Sequence record: NC_054906.1
Length of the DNA stretch: 64,000 bases
DNA from: Enterobacteria phage RB18
Reading direction: 5' to 3' (one strand)
The position numbers and the translations under genes are program-made. The first letter of the stretch is position 1, and every line of letters begins with the position of its first letter. The notes under the pieces were generated by a model. It saw nothing but the letters and a program-made list of their open reading frames with translations. It ran no database searches and was not told where the DNA came from. Below, piece by piece: positions 25,483 to 36,578 of the stretch.

Positions 25483-28179
25483 TCAGCCAAACAGGAAGTC
25501 TAACGAAGCTTTTTCTTCATAGTCCATACCAGCCGATTCACACATACCCGCAAGCGGTTTAACAAACGATTTTTGGAACAAAGTTGAGTAGTCAATCCAA
25601 GACAGTACGTCAGAACGAATTTCTTTTGGAAGTTCTGTGCCCGACGGCCAAGCAATACACTTGTCACCAAATGGATTTCCTTCACGTAATGGAAGAACCA
25701 TTACTTTATTTCCATCCAAAATTGGAGCTACACCCAGACCATTAACAGCTCGACGATAAGTTAGCACACCACGAATATGGAACGGGCATTTAAATCCTGG
25801 CCAACCTTTATCATCATATTTCGCTATATCGTTCGCAGTTTTTACTTCAGCAATAACTTTATAGTCAAGTTGACGATATTCTTTCTCGAAGTTCTTGTAG
25901 TATTCTTGGACAGACTCTTCACCTTCCTGAAGAATACGACGAATACTTTCTTCGAGAGCTTCTTGTACTGCTTTTGGTGTTGAACTCTGTTGAGTTTCCA
26001 TACCCATGATTTTTAGATGCGGTTCAGCAAATCGCTTATCTTCCATATCATAAACGTTCAGAGCATAACGCTTTTTCGCTTTCCAAAATCCACCAACGCC
26101 CTTTGAACCAAGTGGAGGACAAGAAATAGCTTCACGGTCCATATGCATCAGATGCTCGCGGTTATTCATATAATCACATAACTCACGATATGCAACATCA
26201 ATCATAGGTTCCATCTTTTTCTTACCGAACTGATTCATAAATTCAACTAAATCGTTCTGCTCTTTGAATCGGTCAAGACCAACTTTTTCAATAACTTTAT
26301 CTACACAAACATATACCGAATCAGTATCACCTGCTGCAATGAAATCTTCACCATTAGTTCCGCATACTTTATTCAGATATTCATTAATTTTACGAGCAAT
26401 CCACTGAATACCGACTTGGCCAAAAATTGTGATAGCAGTAGCATTTCGCAAATCATAGTAACGGAAATGAATATTACCAAGAGCACCATAAAGACTGTTA
26501 ATAAGAATTTTACGGTTCAGCTGATTTGTATTAGCAAGTGTAGCTGCTTTTTCACATTCTTCAATCAGACTATTGAGAACAGATTTAGTATAATTCGATA
26601 GTTCATTTAAGAAATCATCACTGAACTTAACATATCGTTCAACTTCTGGTTTAGTTGAACAAGACCCTGCGCCTTTCATAATAATCTTTTTAATAGCTTC
26701 GGCATTCATTTCTTCAGCGAACATTTTCTTTTTCCAGTCTTTACGCTGGAAAAATACTTTAGCGATTTCCTTTGGAATGATACCTTCTTGATGCTTATCA
26801 TACATCCATCCATTCGGAGAACAAGAATATTCATCACTCGGTTTAGGAGCTGTTCCTGCGATATATTCATGAATTGGATGAACTTTAAACTGACCACGAA
26901 TAGTCTCAGGACTAATGTTAACCTGACGAATAATGCTCGGATACAGAGACGTTAAGTCAAAACTCATAATATATCGACGAGCAATTGGTTTAGGTTCAAA
27001 TACAAATGCACCCGGAAAACTCTGTTTAACATGCGAACCTTGTTGAGGAATAACCTTATGTTCACCTTTCAATGAGTTAAAAATAATAGCATCCCAAGTT
27101 TTAATAGGACTCATTACACCAGAAAAAGGCATTTTAGCGTAATAAGACATACTTAAAACTAGATCGATAAACCCGCGAATTTTATCAATTGCTTGAACTG
27201 ATTCTACGTCAATGATGTTATAACTAATGTATCGTTGATGATTAGTCTCACGAAGTTTATTAATAGGACCATCATACGGTAATTTACCTTTTTTGGTTTC
27301 ATGTTGAGCAACTGATTCCAAAGAGAATGACGGCAAATTAGTAAAAGCGAATTTCTTGTACAAATCTAAATAATCAAGAATAGATACTCCATCAATAGAA
27401 TAAATTTCTTTGCTACCGTACATATTTTGAATTAGTTTAGATTTTACTCGACCGATTGGAGAGAAGCGTTTCATACTACGTTCACCGAGAACCATTTTAA
27501 CGCGATTCATGATATACGGAACGTCAAATCCCTCAATATTCCAACCAGTAAAAATAGCAGGTCGTTTCTGTTCCCAAAGATTGATATATTCCATGAGCAT
27601 ATCACGCTCGTTATCGAATGGCATATAAATTACTCGGTCAAGAATTTCTTGAGGAACTTCATCACCACCTTCACAGTCAAGCTTAGCAGCTAACTTTGCA
27701 TCCCATTTTGATACTGAACCGTACATTGAATTCAAAAGGTCGAAAACATAAAAACGGTCATCAATTGAATCGTAATGAGTGATAGCATCAATTTCATATT
27801 CAGCTTTCATTGGGTCAGGAAATTTATCACCAGTAACCTCAATGTCACAGTTAGCTACACGAACAAATTTTCGGTCATAAACAATTTCTGAACCATACGT
27901 ATCACTGATATAAGCGAGTTTAAAATCGTTCATACCGAGAGCTTCGAGACCGATGTCTTCCATTCGTTTCATCCAATCTCGAGCATCTTTCATTGATGGA
28001 AATTTTTGAGGAGCGCAGTTTTTACCATAGATGTCTTTGTACTTTGACTCTTCCTTACAATGCCTAAACATAGTCGGAAGATATTCTACTTCACGAGTAC
28101 GTTCCTTTCCGTTTTCATCAATATAACGTTCAACAATGTTATTTCCGACTGTTTCGATAGAGATATAAAATTCTTTCAT
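25483..28179 (-). CDS. 43: DNA polymerase gp43 (family B)
   Basis: 898 aa as in T4; exonuclease and polymerase motifs. Confidence 0.95.
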   Translation of the reverse strand: MKEFYISIETVGNNIVERYIDENGKERTREVEYLPTMFRHCKEESKYKDIYGKNCAPQKFPSMKDARDWMKRMEDIGLEALGMNDFKLAYISDTYGSEIVYDRKFVRVANCDIEVTGDKFPDPMKAEYEIDAITHYDSIDDRFYVFDLLNSMYGSVSKWDAKLAAKLDCEGGDEVPQEILDRVIYMPFDNERDMLMEYINLWEQKRPAIFTGWNIEGFDVPYIMNRVKMVLGERSMKRFSPIGRVKSKLIQNMYGSKEIYSIDGVSILDYLDLYKKFAFTNLPSFSLESVAQHETKKGKLPYDGPINKLRETNHQRYISYNIIDVESVQAIDKIRGFIDLVLSMSYYAKMPFSGVMSPIKTWDAIIFNSLKGEHKVIPQQGSHVKQSFPGAFVFEPKPIARRYIMSFDLTSLYPSIIRQVNISPETIRGQFKVHPIHEYIAGTAPKPSDEYSCSPNGWMYDKHQEGIIPKEIAKVFFQRKDWKKKMFAEEMNAEAIKKIIMKGAGSCSTKPEVERYVKFSDDFLNELSNYTKSVLNSLIEECEKAATLANTNQLNRKILINSLYGALGNIHFRYYDLRNATAITIFGQVGIQWIARKINEYLNKVCGTNGEDFIAAGDTDSVYVCVDKVIEKVGLDRFKEQNDLVEFMNQFGKKKMEPMIDVAYRELCDYMNNREHLMHMDREAISCPPLGSKGVGGFWKAKKRYALNVYDMEDKRFAEPHLKIMGMETQQSSTPKAVQEALEESIRRILQEGEESVQEYYKNFEKEYRQLDYKVIAEVKTANDIAKYDDKGWPGFKCPFHIRGVLTYRRAVNGLGVAPILDGNKVMVLPLREGNPFGDKCIAWPSGTELPKEIRSDVLSWIDYSTLFQKSFVKPLAGMCESAGMDYEEKASLDFLFG

Positions 28180-28237
28180 AGATATTCCTTAGTTTATAGC
28201 CCGAGTTATTAGGCTCTTGATATATTATACTCCAAAT

Positions 28238-28255
28238 AAGGGGCCGAAGCCCCTT
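28238..28255 (-). terminator. UUCG hairpin upstream of gene 43
   Basis: aaggggc-cgaa-gcccctt; a TATAAT follows on the minus strand. Confidence 0.4.
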
Positions 28256-28257
28256 GC

Positions 28258-28479
28258 TTAAATTAGTACTATTTGTCGGTGAAAAATTGTCATTCCATCT
28301 GCATTAATTGACTTAACGACTGCAGTAAAGTGTTTTTGTTCTGGATGAATTAATTTTTGAAATTCTACCTGAAATTTTAGTTGGAGGTTTTCTGGTAAAT
28401 CAAAAAGTGTTTCTGTTGCAGAAAGATTATATTTTTCTTTAAGAGACGCCATGTATTCTTGTGGAGTTATAGCAGTCAT
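28258..28479 (-). CDS. hypothetical protein
   Basis: 73 aa from the ATG overlapping the regA stop. Confidence 0.45.
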   Translation of the reverse strand: MTAITPQEYMASLKEKYNLSATETLFDLPENLQLKFQVEFQKLIHPEQKHFTAVVKSINADGMTIFHRQIVLI

Positions 28480-28480
28480 A

Positions 28481-28849
28481 TTAATTACCAATCGTATATT
28501 TAGGAACGAGTTTCCATTCATGTTTTTGTTTAAAAGAAATAACTCGGAAGTTATTAGTTAAATCTTTCATAAAAGTTCTTTGACCAGGGACGATTTCAAT
28601 CAGTCCCCAATCTTCTAATAGCCATGCAATCGAATCACGACGAACTTCATCTTCTTCTGTCATTTCAACCTGGCGACCATCCATACGAAGCATTTCTTTA
28701 AAATGAACGATATAGTATAGTCCTTTTTTCTGAAGAATATGACAGGACTGATACAGAACTTTATCTTTATTATTAGCAATTCCCATACGAGTCAAAGTTT
28801 CTTTTACTTTCAGAAAATCTTCAGGTTTTTTAAGAGTAATTTCAATCAT
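28481..28849 (-). CDS. regA: RegA translational repressor
   Basis: 122 aa as in T4; position between 62 and 43. Confidence 0.8.
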   Translation of the reverse strand: MIEITLKKPEDFLKVKETLTRMGIANNKDKVLYQSCHILQKKGLYYIVHFKEMLRMDGRQVEMTEEDEVRRDSIAWLLEDWGLIEIVPGQRTFMKDLTNNFRVISFKQKHEWKLVPKYTIGN

Positions 28850-28850
28850 T

Positions 28851-29414
28851 TTACCATTCCAATGCTAGTTTTTTGAGTTGTTTCTGTTCTTTTACGTTCT
28901 TAGTCACTTCTTTCAAAAAATCATCCGTGACTAAACCTTTTAGTTCTTTTAATACTAAAGGAAGTTTTCCATTTTTAGTAAGAATTGATTTATAGTTAAT
29001 TGCATCATTTGTATTAACTTGATACCGCTTAGCAAGTAACTTAATAATCAATACTTCGGTGGAATCTTCAACCAGTTTTGCCCATTTACCATATCTTTTA
29101 CCACGAGGAACTGCAGCCATTAGATAATTAAAATGAGCTTCATCACTTAAACCTGATCCAATTAAATTCATAGCATATACAGCTGGCATGCACTCTGGAA
29201 ATTGTGATAATGCATTTTCAACCATGAATTTTGAATAATCTTTTTGAGCAATAGAGCATTTAGTTTTATTATTGATAGCTCCAATTATTTCAAAAAATTC
29301 ATTTTCAGCTTTTTCTTTAAAAGAATCAGCAGCGGATTGGACAGCTGTCCAATCTTTTGAATACCAAGCAACTTGATGCTCGTTTAATTGAATATCATCT
29401 TCAAATAAGCTCAT
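28851..29414 (-). CDS. 62: clamp loader small subunit gp62
   Basis: 187 aa as in T4; adjacent to gene 44. Confidence 0.8.
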   Translation of the reverse strand: MSLFEDDIQLNEHQVAWYSKDWTAVQSAADSFKEKAENEFFEIIGAINNKTKCSIAQKDYSKFMVENALSQFPECMPAVYAMNLIGSGLSDEAHFNYLMAAVPRGKRYGKWAKLVEDSTEVLIIKLLAKRYQVNTNDAINYKSILTKNGKLPLVLKELKGLVTDDFLKEVTKNVKEQKQLKKLALEW

Positions 29415-29415
29415 A

Positions 29416-30390
29416 TCACTTCCACTGCATTTCGCATGCTAATTGAATGAAAAGATAAACTAAATGTAATTCAGTGTTAGCTGCAATTCCATGATACTGA
29501 TTATTTTCACCAACAATTTCGTACATACGAATAATACTCTGTGGAGTTACACGTGAATAGATTTCTTCGGCAAGTTTACCAACAAACCAAGAATAATCTG
29601 CTGCATATTTTGGTGCTAAAGCTCTGAGTTGTTTAACATCTTTATTTTTGAGAGACTCAAGAACATCATCAATAGCACCACGATCGTTAGTAACCAGTGA
29701 TAAAATACCAGCATCCAAAACACCTTTAGATGAATAACTATCGAGCTCGCCAATAGTTTTACGAAAATCAGGAAAATTCTTTTTAACCAAAGCTGCTACA
29801 ACTTTCATATCAGCTATAGCAATTCCTTCATGCTTGCAGATTTCAGTCAATCGACGAATCATCTGCTTCATCATTTCAATTTTATCTTCATCAGTTGGTT
29901 GACCGAATGTAATAACTCGGCAGCGTGACTGAAGCGGTTTAATAATACCATCAATATTGTTAGCAGTAATAATAATACTACAGTTTGAACTATAAGCTTC
30001 CATAAAGGAACGAAGATGTCGCTGAGACTCTGCTAGCCCTGAACGGTCAAATTCATCAATAACGATTACTTTTTGACGACCATCAAATGAAGCTGCACTG
30101 GCAAAATTAGTCAAAGGACCGCGAACGAAATCAATTTTACAATCTGATCCATTCACAAACATCATATCAGCATTTACATCATGACACAATGCTTTCGCTA
30201 CAGTTGTTTTACCTGTTCCTGGAGAAGGAGAATGAAGAATAATATGTGGAATCTTACCTTTACTTGTAATAGATTTAAAGGTTTCTTTATCAAAGGCGGG
30301 AAGAATACATTCATCGATAGTAGATGGACGATATTTCTGTTCAAGAATGTGTTCTTTTTCATTTACTGTAATCATAATTTCCTCATTCAA
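29416..30390 (-). CDS. 44: clamp loader AAA+ ATPase gp44
   Basis: 324 aa; Walker [11 protein letters not shown]. Confidence 0.9.
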   Translation of the reverse strand: MNEEIMITVNEKEHILEQKYRPSTIDECILPAFDKETFKSITSKGKIPHIILHSPSPGTGKTTVAKALCHDVNADMMFVNGSDCKIDFVRGPLTNFASAASFDGRQKVIVIDEFDRSGLAESQRHLRSFMEAYSSNCSIIITANNIDGIIKPLQSRCRVITFGQPTDEDKIEMMKQMIRRLTEICKHEGIAIADMKVVAALVKKNFPDFRKTIGELDSYSSKGVLDAGILSLVTNDRGAIDDVLESLKNKDVKQLRALAPKYAADYSWFVGKLAEEIYSRVTPQSIIRMYEIVGENNQYHGIAANTELHLVYLFIQLACEMQWK

Positions 30391-30409
30391 GTTTTAGTGT
30401 AAATTATAA

Positions 30410-30423
30410 AGGGCCGAAGCCCT
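30410..30423 (-). terminator. UUCG hairpin between genes 45 and 44
   Basis: agggc-cgaa-gccct; minus strand follows with TTTATAATTT. Confidence 0.4.
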
Positions 30424-30426
30424 CTA

Positions 30427-31113
30427 TTAAAAATCATGGGTAGAATCAGCTTCAAGAGCTACTACATAATTCGCGTGTTCACCTTCAAATTTAGCAGCAC
30501 CTTGTTTACCTTTTGCCCAGAGCAGAAGTTTATAATTTCCTGGTTGCATTTTCATATTTGCCATATTGATAATGAAATTAAATGTATTTTCACCATCATA
30601 ATCACCAAGAGTCAAAGAATATTTAACACGGGTCAGAGCAGAATCTTCTACTTTATTAAAACCGTTAATTACGATTTTACCTTCTTTTACCGTGATAGCA
30701 ATTGTATCAATCTGCAGACCACGAGATACACGCAACAGCTGTTGAAGGTCTTCAGCTTTAATTTCAGTAACAACAGATGCTACCGGGAATGGAATTGGTT
30801 TATTAGGAGCAACTACTGTACTCGGATCGGCTGCTGGCCAAAAAATTGTTGAACGAGCATCAGCAATTTTAATATTTCCATCTTCTGACTGGGAAATTTC
30901 TGCATCATCATTAACTAGAGACAGAATACCGAGAAAACCGTTCAAATCGTAAATTGCTACATCAAAATCAATAACGTCAGAAATATTTGCTTCCGCATAA
31001 GTTGTACCATTAACTGCGCGAGTCATAATAAATTGACCGGATTTAAGCATAATACCAGAGTTAATAGTAGCGAAATTTTTAAGCAGAGCAGTAGTATCTT
31101 TAGACAGTTTCAT
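30427..31113 (-). CDS. 45: sliding clamp gp45
   Basis: 228 aa as in T4; position. Confidence 0.9.
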   Translation of the reverse strand: MKLSKDTTALLKNFATINSGIMLKSGQFIMTRAVNGTTYAEANISDVIDFDVAIYDLNGFLGILSLVNDDAEISQSEDGNIKIADARSTIFWPAADPSTVVAPNKPIPFPVASVVTEIKAEDLQQLLRVSRGLQIDTIAITVKEGKIVINGFNKVEDSALTRVKYSLTLGDYDGENTFNFIINMANMKMQPGNYKLLLWAKGKQGAAKFEGEHANYVVALEADSTHDF

Positions 31114-31168
31114 GTAATTTCCTTCAATTCAAATGAGATTTAATTTTATAACTAATTTAATAAAGCAA

Positions 31169-31558
31169 TTAACGATTAAAATCAGCCGCAATTGTTTCGG
31201 CAACAATTTGAGCAGCAACAATCAGACGTTCATCTGCATTGCCGCAATATTCATCTTCAAGGCGTTCACCACATGAAGTCATAATAAATTTAGCACCAGC
31301 GTTTAGGGATTCTGTAGTATGTTTGCGCATTAGTTCAATCCATTTATTACTTACTTCACGATCGATAGCTTCATAATACGCATGACGAGCAGGTGCAGAT
31401 TTAATTTTGTTCTGAATAACTTCCATTGCGTTATCAGAAAGAGACAAAACCCATGCTCGACGAATTTTATTTTGGTTTTGTGGATTTGATTCAGAACGCA
31501 CGTGTTTTGGCTGAATATCTTTTACATCAACAGTATAATTCACAGTAATTTTAGTCAT
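31169..31558 (-). CDS. rpbA: RNA polymerase-binding protein RpbA
   Basis: 129 aa as in T4; position upstream of 45. Confidence 0.7.
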   Translation of the reverse strand: MTKITVNYTVDVKDIQPKHVRSESNPQNQNKIRRAWVLSLSDNAMEVIQNKIKSAPARHAYYEAIDREVSNKWIELMRKHTTESLNAGAKFIMTSCGERLEDEYCGNADERLIVAAQIVAETIAADFNR

Positions 31559-31567
31559 AATACACCT

Positions 31568-31756
31568 TTAGTCATAATAATCAGTAACAGTCCAAGCTTC
31601 ATTTCTATTGGACATTATTTTTGTATATTCTGCTTTAAATGCATTCCTAAGCATAGATTCAGTAACTATATGCTCTTCATTAGAAAAATTATTTCTCAGA
31701 ATATATCGTTTTATTTCAGGAATAGTTAATAGATGCTGTCCAGTTGAATATTCCAT
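31568..31756 (-). CDS. hypothetical small protein (45.2 position)
   Basis: 62-aa ORF. Confidence 0.45.
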   Translation of the reverse strand: MEYSTGQHLLTIPEIKRYILRNNFSNEEHIVTESMLRNAFKAEYTKIMSNRNEAWTVTDYYD

Positions 31757-31773
31757 GTTTTTCCTCCATAGAG

Positions 31774-31798
31774 ATTATACTCTAATAAATTAAAGCAT
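31774..31798 (-). promoter_or_regulatory. MotA-dependent middle promoter for the 45.2-rpbA-45 unit
   Basis: minus strand reads ATGCTTTA, 11 nt, TATAAT; flanked by a 9-bp inverted repeat. Confidence 0.45.
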
Positions 31799-31811
31799 AA
31801 TCTCTTATAAA

Positions 31812-33494
31812 TTAAACCATTACAGTAAATCGACCAACTTTCTTCATTTGAAGATGCTGACCGTATGCTTGCGGGTCATGGTCTCTATGTGAAATAACAA
31901 AAACATTAGTATTTTTTAAACTATCTAAAATAGTTGAAATAGCTTTTACACCTTCAACGTCGGTCGCTGAATCAAAAACTTCATCAAGAATTAGTGTGTT
32001 TATTTTAACACCTGAAACTTTTTCAGCAATATCACGCCAAGTAAATAAAAGAGCAATATCAATTCGTGCTTTTTCACCTTGACTGAATGAAGCATAACTA
32101 AAATCTTCACGACCACGGGATTTAATTGTCTCATTAAATTCTTCATCTAATGTAAACACATAATCCGCTTCCATTATTTTAAGATAATGGTTAATCTGCT
32201 TATTAAATAATGGAATGTACTTTTTAATAATAGCACCTTTAATACCAGAATCTTTGAGCATATCAGTCAAAATTCCTCGGTGGTATTTTTCCATTACTAA
32301 ATTAGTTTTTGTCTTAACAATTTTATCAAGTTCTTCTTGAAGCAGTGCTATTTCATCAGCATGGTCAATAAACTCAGAAGATGCTTTTTCTATAGCTGCT
32401 TTAACTTTTTTAGCTTTATCTACCGTCGTGATTAGAGATTGCTTTTTATTGCGAATATCATTTGCCAACGACTGTTGGGTTTTAATATTATCTCGGTATT
32501 CATCAACAAGAACTTTTAAATTATCACGATGTATTGAAAGCTGTTCAAACGAATGCGTACATTCAGAAACTTTATCTTTAATTTTAGAAACAACTTTATC
32601 ACCTGAACTTAATTGTGACAAGCAGGTTGGACATAATCCACCTTCGTGATACATATTAATGACTTTATTATACGAGTCAATTTTTGATTTAATTAAAACT
32701 GCTTCTTGACCGATTTTATTAAATGCATCAGTCGGGTCTTCATCCAAAACAATATTAACTAATCTTTCATTAGCTTCTTCTATTTCCGATTTTAACGTTC
32801 TAGCTTCTTTTGCCAAATCATCATACATATTTTGCAGACGAGTAAGGTTGTCACCCGTTAATTTTTTCTGGCGTTCAACGTTATCATTATATATTTTAAT
32901 TTGTTGGATAATACTATCTTTTTTAACATCAAGCACTTGGTTTTGTGAATTTAATTCGCGTATTAGTGCTTTATTAAGCTTATCCATTTCAGCTAATGTT
33001 CCTACCTCAAGCAAGTCTTCCACAAGCTTTCTTCGCGCAGGGGTCGACAAACCCATGAAAGGGGTATACCCTGCTGTACCAAGGACAACAATCTGCTTGA
33101 AACTGGCATATGACATTCCGATAAGCTGTTCAAATTCTGCTTGGAAATCTTTACTGCTGGCAGATTCATTAAGACGTGTACCGTTAACGGTGATTTCGAA
33201 AACGTTCGGTTTTTGTCCTCTTTTGATATAGTACTTTTTCTCATCATATTCCATCCACAGTTCAACTAAAAGTTCTTTCTTATTTGTGCTGTTTATTAAT
33301 TGACCTTTCTTTACATCACGAAATGGCTTGCCAAAAAGCCCAAATGTGATGGCTTCTAACATAGTAGACTTACCACCACCATTTCGTCCAGTAATAAGAG
33401 TTTTTTGAACCTTATCTAATTGAATGTCAATAGGATTTCCACCTACTGACATTATATTTTGGTACCTAACTCGGTTTAGTTTAAAATTCTTCAC
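31812..33494 (-). CDS. 46: recombination nuclease subunit gp46 (SbcC/Rad50-like)
   Basis: 560 aa as in T4; Walker A GRNGGGKST and coiled coil. Confidence 0.9.
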   Translation of the reverse strand: MKNFKLNRVRYQNIMSVGGNPIDIQLDKVQKTLITGRNGGGKSTMLEAITFGLFGKPFRDVKKGQLINSTNKKELLVELWMEYDEKKYYIKRGQKPNVFEITVNGTRLNESASSKDFQAEFEQLIGMSYASFKQIVVLGTAGYTPFMGLSTPARRKLVEDLLEVGTLAEMDKLNKALIRELNSQNQVLDVKKDSIIQQIKIYNDNVERQKKLTGDNLTRLQNMYDDLAKEARTLKSEIEEANERLVNIVLDEDPTDAFNKIGQEAVLIKSKIDSYNKVINMYHEGGLCPTCLSQLSSGDKVVSKIKDKVSECTHSFEQLSIHRDNLKVLVDEYRDNIKTQQSLANDIRNKKQSLITTVDKAKKVKAAIEKASSEFIDHADEIALLQEELDKIVKTKTNLVMEKYHRGILTDMLKDSGIKGAIIKKYIPLFNKQINHYLKIMEADYVFTLDEEFNETIKSRGREDFSYASFSQGEKARIDIALLFTWRDIAEKVSGVKINTLILDEVFDSATDVEGVKAISTILDSLKNTNVFVISHRDHDPQAYGQHLQMKKVGRFTVMV

Positions 33495-33754
33495 AAAAGA
33501 TTCCTTTTAATGTATCTTTTAGACCATTCTATCATATCATCATAATCTAAAAAGTATTCATCAAATTCAGCCATGCAAACAACACCTTGTGCTGTTTTTG
33601 ATGTAATATAAATTATTCCAACATATCTAGAATCTTCTTCGGTATAATCAATGTTTGCTATGAATTCATCATTAATGTCAAATGTCGAAAACTTCACAGT
33701 ATGCATCCTTAATACAAGATACGGCCATATCTCGCAATGATTTAGGTGTGTCAT
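33491..33754 (-). CDS. hypothetical small protein (46.1 position)
   Basis: 87-aa ORF; start may be internal. Confidence 0.4.
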   Translation of the reverse strand: MTHLNHCEIWPYLVLRMHTVKFSTFDINDEFIANIDYTEEDSRYVGIIYITSKTAQGVVCMAEFDEYFLDYDDMIEWSKRYIKRNLL

Positions 33755-33941
33755 TATCTAAAATGTTGAAGTTAAAAGATACAGCCCAATCTGTACAGAC
33801 CGTAACTTTTTTAATACAATTATCTTCAACCTCTAGCGGTTCAAACCAATATTCAATAATTTCTTTATGACCAATATCATCTTTTACTTCGCATTCAAAA
33901 TGCTGACTCATCATAACATTTTTAAATTCATCAAAAGTCAT
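33678..33941 (-). CDS. hypothetical small protein (46.2 position)
   Basis: 87-aa ORF. Confidence 0.4.
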   Translation of the reverse strand: MTFDEFKNVMMSQHFECEVKDDIGHKEIIEYWFEPLEVEDNCIKKVTVCTDWAVSFNFNILDNDTPKSLRDMAVSCIKDAYCEVFDI

Positions 33942-34957
33942 TGTGTTGCCTCTACATATAACTGATTTGCATATTGAATAAGTGCTTCGCGGTCAGAATC
34001 AGTGATGTCTGGAATTGCATTAATGTATTCTTCCATCAACGTCTGAAGAGATTGAACTTCAACTTCTTCACTGTCATCTGACTCGACAGAGTTATCAATC
34101 TTTGACACAACTCGTAACGAATGCACAACTTTTTCTAGTTCAGATTCGAACTTCGTTAGATTTTTGTCTACTTCAGTTACTATAACACGTACTGATAGAT
34201 TTGTAAAATCTTTATAGTCAATTTTTCCTTTAAATGGATAATGAATTCTACGATGCCAGGTAGTGTTGTTTGGAATAAATTCCATTCGTTCTGTTTCTGT
34301 ATCAAACATCCAGAACCCACGAGGGTCATTCTCGTCACCGGCAGTTAGTGTCCATGGTGTCCCAATATATCTGACATTAGCAGCCTCAGAAATAGTATGG
34401 AAGTGACCAGACCACACTTCTTTATAAGTCTTAAGGAAATCAGGTTCAAGACCGTGAGATTTCATTCCTTTATAAAAATAAAATCCATTCAGTTCCCAGT
34501 GACCAACACAAAAAGAAGCAGAAGAAGTTTTTATGTGCTCGAGAATTTCACCAGTATTTTCTTCACACATCCAAGGAATCAAATCAATCAAACACCCGTC
34601 AAAATCTACTGTAGTAGGCTTATCATATACTTTAACATTAGGATATTTAGCCAAAAGCTCAGTAGAAGCATTTGGAGTTAAAGTATTTTTAAAGTGCATA
34701 TCATGGTTTCCTACAACAGTATGCAGGGTAATACCAGCATCATCAAGCATTTGAACTATTTCACGAGCGAACTCCATAGTTTTATGCGTGATTGCTTTTC
34801 GCACATCAAAAATATCGCCGTATTGAATCCAGGTAGTAATTCCATTTTTCTTAGAATATTCTATCGCTTGCTTAATTCCATCCAACTGAATGGATTGAAC
34901 CCACTCATCATCGGCTTTAACGCCTAAATGCCAATCACCTAAATTTAAAATTTTCAT
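33938..34957 (-). CDS. 47: recombination nuclease subunit gp47 (Mre11/SbcD-like)
   Basis: 339 aa as in T4; calcineurin-like phosphoesterase motifs GDWH and GNHD. Confidence 0.9.
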   Translation of the reverse strand: MKILNLGDWHLGVKADDEWVQSIQLDGIKQAIEYSKKNGITTWIQYGDIFDVRKAITHKTMEFAREIVQMLDDAGITLHTVVGNHDMHFKNTLTPNASTELLAKYPNVKVYDKPTTVDFDGCLIDLIPWMCEENTGEILEHIKTSSASFCVGHWELNGFYFYKGMKSHGLEPDFLKTYKEVWSGHFHTISEAANVRYIGTPWTLTAGDENDPRGFWMFDTETERMEFIPNNTTWHRRIHYPFKGKIDYKDFTNLSVRVIVTEVDKNLTKFESELEKVVHSLRVVSKIDNSVESDDSEEVEVQSLQTLMEEYINAIPDITDSDREALIQYANQLYVEATQ

Positions 34958-35092
34958 ATATCAAGAACCGTCATTGAAATGCAAAATAAAATTATTGAAA
35001 TAAATCCATCTGGAGTGCTAAAGAACCCAATCCAGCACGCTCTAGTGAATAGATAAAATGCAAGAAAAAGTATCACATATCCAAGAAATATC

Positions 35093-35117
35093 ATTATATC
35101 AAACTCCGTATAAAGCT
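35093..35117 (-). promoter_or_regulatory. candidate MotA-dependent middle promoter for gene 47
   Basis: minus strand reads AGCTTTA, 12 nt, TATAAT right after the UUCG hairpin; same layout as upstream of gene 39. Confidence 0.3.
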
Positions 35118-35135
35118 AAAGGGCCGAAGCCCTTT
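35118..35135 (-). terminator. UUCG hairpin at the alpha-gt stop
   Basis: aaagggc-cgaa-gcccttt overlapping the stop codon. Confidence 0.45.
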
Positions 35136-36336
35136 ATTTTGTAATAATGTCAAACTGTTCTTTAAAGCAGAAGCTTGAATCTTGATGTTGATACAAAAAT
35201 TCATACGCTTTTTCTCGCTCACGGTCATAAAGAGCTCGGTCAGATGACAGTTCTTTAATACGCTCGAATGTTGATTCCATATCATTTTCATCAAACCAAA
35301 CGATACCGCTATCATGCGAAATTAGCGGAGTATTATCAACACGGAATTTTAAATTTTCGCCAGTAGATTTCCAAAATACCGGAATTGTTCCACATGCACC
35401 AAGCTCGAGATGAGTATATTCTAAAGAACGTTGTAAATATTTTTTGTCCAACTTACTCAGCTGATAACCAAATCCGGATTTACTCATGCGTTCAAGCATT
35501 TCGCTATTTACATAACGGTCAAGAATTTGCGTTGGCAAATTAGGAGCAATTTTAATTTGGTCTACTTGATGAAGACGATAATATTCATATGGAATTCCCT
35601 TTTCTTTAATAGGAATGAACGCTGGAGAACGTTCCAGACCTTCCATAATAGTACTTAGTCCTGCAGGTTTAAGATGTTTTTCATGAAAATCAAACATCTG
35701 ATAAAAACCTTTCCATGTAGTCGTACGACCAATCCAACGGTTGATATTCATGTTAATTTCAGAAACATCTTTCCAGTAGGTTGATCGAACCTTCGCAATA
35801 TCCATCGGAGGCTGAAAGTTATATACTGTCGGTGCTTCTTCAATATCATCAAACAGAGAAACAGTTTCTGGATACCACTCTTTCATCAGAACTTTATTAA
35901 AATCACCATTATCGGAATGGCTAAAAATAACATCAGCTCGACGAACAGTTTCTTCTAATCCCAAATTTCGGCGCAAAGAAAGAGAAGAATGGTCATGTTG
36001 ATAAACTACAACACGAACCGAAGGTTTAATGTTATCAATAATTTTTTTATAGTTATTAATAGTGTCTTCTTCAACTGAAGTAGCAGGAACTGAATTGATA
36101 ATTAGAATATCACAATCATTTACCAGCTTAAGTGTTTTATCGTATTCTTTTGCCAATAAAACCGGAATTGAAAATGATTTATAATCATGCGCACAATTAC
36201 GAGTAAATGATTTATCTTTAGCATAAACCAAAGTCACTTCATGACCATTTTTAATAAACCAATCACGTTGCTCGAGTGAGAATTTTGTTACACCACAACC
36301 TTCAAGACCTCGAGCCATAAAAATACATACTTTCAT
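35134..36336 (-). CDS. a-gt: DNA alpha-glucosyltransferase
   Basis: 400 aa; CIFMARGLEGCGVTKFSLEQRDWFIKNGHEVTLVYAKDKSFTR matches recalled T4 alpha-gt. Confidence 0.9.
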   Translation of the reverse strand: MKVCIFMARGLEGCGVTKFSLEQRDWFIKNGHEVTLVYAKDKSFTRNCAHDYKSFSIPVLLAKEYDKTLKLVNDCDILIINSVPATSVEEDTINNYKKIIDNIKPSVRVVVYQHDHSSLSLRRNLGLEETVRRADVIFSHSDNGDFNKVLMKEWYPETVSLFDDIEEAPTVYNFQPPMDIAKVRSTYWKDVSEINMNINRWIGRTTTWKGFYQMFDFHEKHLKPAGLSTIMEGLERSPAFIPIKEKGIPYEYYRLHQVDQIKIAPNLPTQILDRYVNSEMLERMSKSGFGYQLSKLDKKYLQRSLEYTHLELGACGTIPVFWKSTGENLKFRVDNTPLISHDSGIVWFDENDMESTFERIKELSSDRALYDREREKAYEFLYQHQDSSFCFKEQFDIITK

Positions 36337-36387
36337 TTAATATCCTCTTTGTTTTGGTTTATTTACCAAAAATTTATAAAGCAATAT

Positions 36388-36404
36388 AGGAGCCGAAGCT
36401 CCTA
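36388..36404 (-). promoter_or_regulatory. UUCG hairpin followed by a MotA-box-like element upstream of alpha-gt
   Basis: taggagc-cgaa-gctccta; minus strand then reads TTGCTTTA, 12 nt, TAAATA. Confidence 0.35.
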
Positions 36405-36578
36405 TCCACATAATACGCCATACAGAGGCTCGTTAGAACTTTTAAATTTTATGCGCTTATATGTTATAGTTCCTTCTGCTTTAGCTTTATCATGAGACTC
36501 TTTAAAGCGTCTCATCATTTCCTCTTTAGAGGAATGAATTTTATTATAATCTATTTCAGAAGTCTGGGTGTTCATCTT

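Noticed and set aside
25500-25685. 61-aa minus-strand ORF inside gene 43
   Set aside because: Alternative frame inside the DNA polymerase gene.
35094-35315. 73-aa ORF overlapping the 3' end of alpha-gt
   Set aside because: Alternative frame within a conserved gene that runs through a terminator hairpin; no start context.
36420-36536. Possible 38-aa ORF in the alpha-gt upstream region
   Set aside because: Too short and lacking supporting context; the region is more plausibly a regulatory leader.
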